From an uncultured cyanobacterium (GTDB taxonomy: Bacteria; Cyanobacteriota; Cyanobacteriia; Cyanobacteriales; Nostocaceae): a stretch of 64,000 nucleotides of DNA. Where the stretch lies: the NCBI GenBank assembly GCA_963740315.1, contig CAVUDP010000003.1:320001-384000 (forward strand), read 5' to 3'. The notes beneath the pieces were generated by a model. It was given only the letters and a program-made list of their open reading frames with translations. It made no database searches and was not told the origin of the DNA. How positions within the stretch are numbered: the stretch's first letter is position 1; every line of letters begins with the position of its first letter. The translations under genes were made by a program, and so were the position numbers. This document shows positions 62,324 through 64,000 of the stretch, one piece after another.

Positions 62324-62376
62324 TTAAAAGAACTCAAGCGATTTTATTGACTAAATTTTAAGTAGGTAAAAACATA

Positions 62377-62406
62377 AACCCAGTATCTCAAAGATACCGG
62401 GTTTTT
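62377..62406. terminator. Hairpin, probable terminator of the membrane-protein gene
   Basis: AAACCCAGTATCT/AGATACCGGGTTT near-perfect stem with A/T-rich flanks. Confidence 0.5.
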
Positions 62407-62458
62407 ATAACTACGTATCACGACTTATATTAATTAGGATTGTAATAGCAAAAAGTTC

Positions 62459-63043
62459 TCAAGCCGAAAAACCGCCCATCACCCATCCAATTGCTAATCC
62501 CATCGCAGCAATTCCGCTTAAACTTACCATTGCGGCATCAAAACTATTTAAGATATTTCTCAACTGTCTTCCGGCTTTATTGTTAGTAACAATTAGGTTA
62601 CAGTACCAAATTAATTGAAAAGCCCATTGACCTAAACCAACTACGGTTAATGTAATTGTAAAAAATAATATAAAAGCTGGAACTACAATTCCGCGTGTTT
62701 TACATACAAATATTAAAACGAATACGAATAATAAAATATTAAAACCTAACAAACCTACAAACAGTGGGTTCAAAGCAGGTAAATTTAAATAACATAAAAC
62801 AGCTGCTAAAAGAAACTGCGAACCAATCAAAACAGATATTAAAACTTTGGTGCTTTTAAAGAAAATATAAATGGTAGCAGCTAATGGATAAATTGCAAAA
62901 TAAATAACTAATAATGGTTTCAATTGGCTTGGCTGTAGAAATATTGGTTCTACCTTAGATACATTAATCATACAGCCATTAAATATAGAAATCATGAAAA
63001 ACGAAATTAGCCAACCCCAATTAGTGACTAAAGGGTATTTCAT
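62459..63043 (-). CDS. Hypothetical multi-pass membrane protein
   Basis: About 6 hydrophobic segments; start uncertain (ATG 63043 preferred). Confidence 0.65.
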   Translation of the reverse strand: MKYPLVTNWGWLISFFMISIFNGCMINVSKVEPIFLQPSQLKPLLVIYFAIYPLAATIYIFFKSTKVLISVLIGSQFLLAAVLCYLNLPALNPLFVGLLGFNILLFVFVLIFVCKTRGIVVPAFILFFTITLTVVGLGQWAFQLIWYCNLIVTNNKAGRQLRNILNSFDAAMVSLSGIAAMGLAIGWVMGGFSA

Positions 63044-63472
63044 GAATTTGCGATAATGTTGGTTATTGTTTATTGTATTACTTACAATTCTAAATGGTAA
63101 CATAAGTAGATGTTTTTGCGATATTTACCGTAATCAAATTTACCAGCGAATCAATCAGAAAAATGATGTCTAAAGCACAAATTGTTTTAATTAACCTCTT
63201 GATAAAATTTCCAAAACTTAAGACACTTTTAATATGCAACTCATTTATTTTAAACTTATAATAGTTGAATAATTAATTCGATGTTTTTATCTAAGTTGTT
63301 AGCTAATCAAATGAAACTGTTTCATAATTAATTAAAATAATTAAAATTTCCCATCAAAAAATTAGCGATAAGAAATAGTTAAACTTTTCTTAACTTGATG
63401 ATAATTAAAATTTTTATTTCAACAACTTTAATTCAAATTTAAACAGCTACATACAAATAAAAAAACCTCATG

Positions 63473-64000
63473 TTATGAGGTTTCCTTATCTATTTTTTGT
63501 ACTTCTGCTTCGGATAAATTAAGACTAGTAGCTTTAACTGAATCTTCAATGCTGCTGATTTTGCTAGCGCCGGGAATCGGTAGTATACAAGGCGATTTGG
63601 AACGCAACCACGCTAAAACTATGCAATATACCGATACATTTTTCTCTTCGGCTAATTTGGCGATCGCCGGAATATCTGTTAAATTATCGTGACGACGACG
63701 ACCGCCAAAAGGACTCCAAGGTAAAAAAGTCAAGCCCTCGCGATCGCAATATTCCAGCACTCCATCGGTTTCTGGTTGTCGCTGCCAAGGGCTATATTGA
63801 TTTTGCACTGAAACGATATCAACTACATCCCGTGCTTGTTTAATTTGCTCCACTGAGAAATTAGAAACCCCGATCGCCTTAATCATTCCCGCTTCCTGGG
63901 CTAATGCAGCAGGTGTTAGGGATGCTTCAATAGTGTAATCTGGGTCTGGTGAATGGTATTGCCAGATATCGATCGGTTTATTGCCGCCAAAATCAAAGCT
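63473..64000 (-). CDS. Aldo/keto reductase (3' part; start outside the window)
   Basis: IDIWQYHSPD upstream in frame, IGVSNFS, SVQNQYS, PWSP, PIPG. Confidence 0.92.
   Translation of the reverse strand, partial: SFDFGGNKPIDIWQYHSPDPDYTIEASLTPAALAQEAGMIKAIGVSNFSVEQIKQARDVVDIVSVQNQYSPWQRQPETDGVLEYCDREGLTFLPWSPFGGRRRHDNLTDIPAIAKLAEEKNVSVYCIVLAWLRSKSPCILPIPGASKISSIEDSVKATSLNLSEAEVQKIDKETS

Overview
AT-rich 64 kb chromosomal segment from a cyanobacterium, very likely a filamentous heterocyst-forming one (Nostocales). This is inferred from about 30 HIP1 octamers (GCGATCGC, counted by eye), heptameric STRR repeats at gene ends, and nblB, crtD, PEP-CTERM, Uma2 and GUN4-domain genes. Contents, left to right: a partial YyaL/DUF255 gene; ilvN; an ~18 kb Wzy-type polysaccharide cluster (PglF/CapD-like dehydratase, DUF4832-like lipoprotein, MurJ-like flippase, four GT4s, a truncated GT2 relic, Wzy, PglC-like transferase, PhyH dioxygenase, FemAB/GNAT protein, PglE/DegT aminotransferase, Wzc); a four-gene phosphorelay with no sensor domains; housekeeping genes (fructosamine kinase, frameshifted M16 peptidase, crtD, hslO, nblB, CBS protein, M42 peptidase, GDSL-PEP-CTERM, SLH lipoprotein, mnmE, amidase, ilvC, aldo-keto reductase); and an accessory block between the SLH gene and mnmE. 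That block holds a ParDE toxin-antitoxin pair bracketed by REP-like palindromes and a tandem pair of AAA_35/STAND-like NTPases, one fused to a caspase-like CHAT protease with an intact dyad and the other to a transmembrane helix plus a GUN4-like domain. This NTPase pair is the best candidate for an uncharacterised system; the PhyH+FemAB sugar-tailoring pair is second. Many REP/SDR-like palindromes and tandem arrays derived from them are present. I saw no rRNA, tRNA, transposase, cas gene or true CRISPR array. All family calls come from motif recognition by eye, not database searches.
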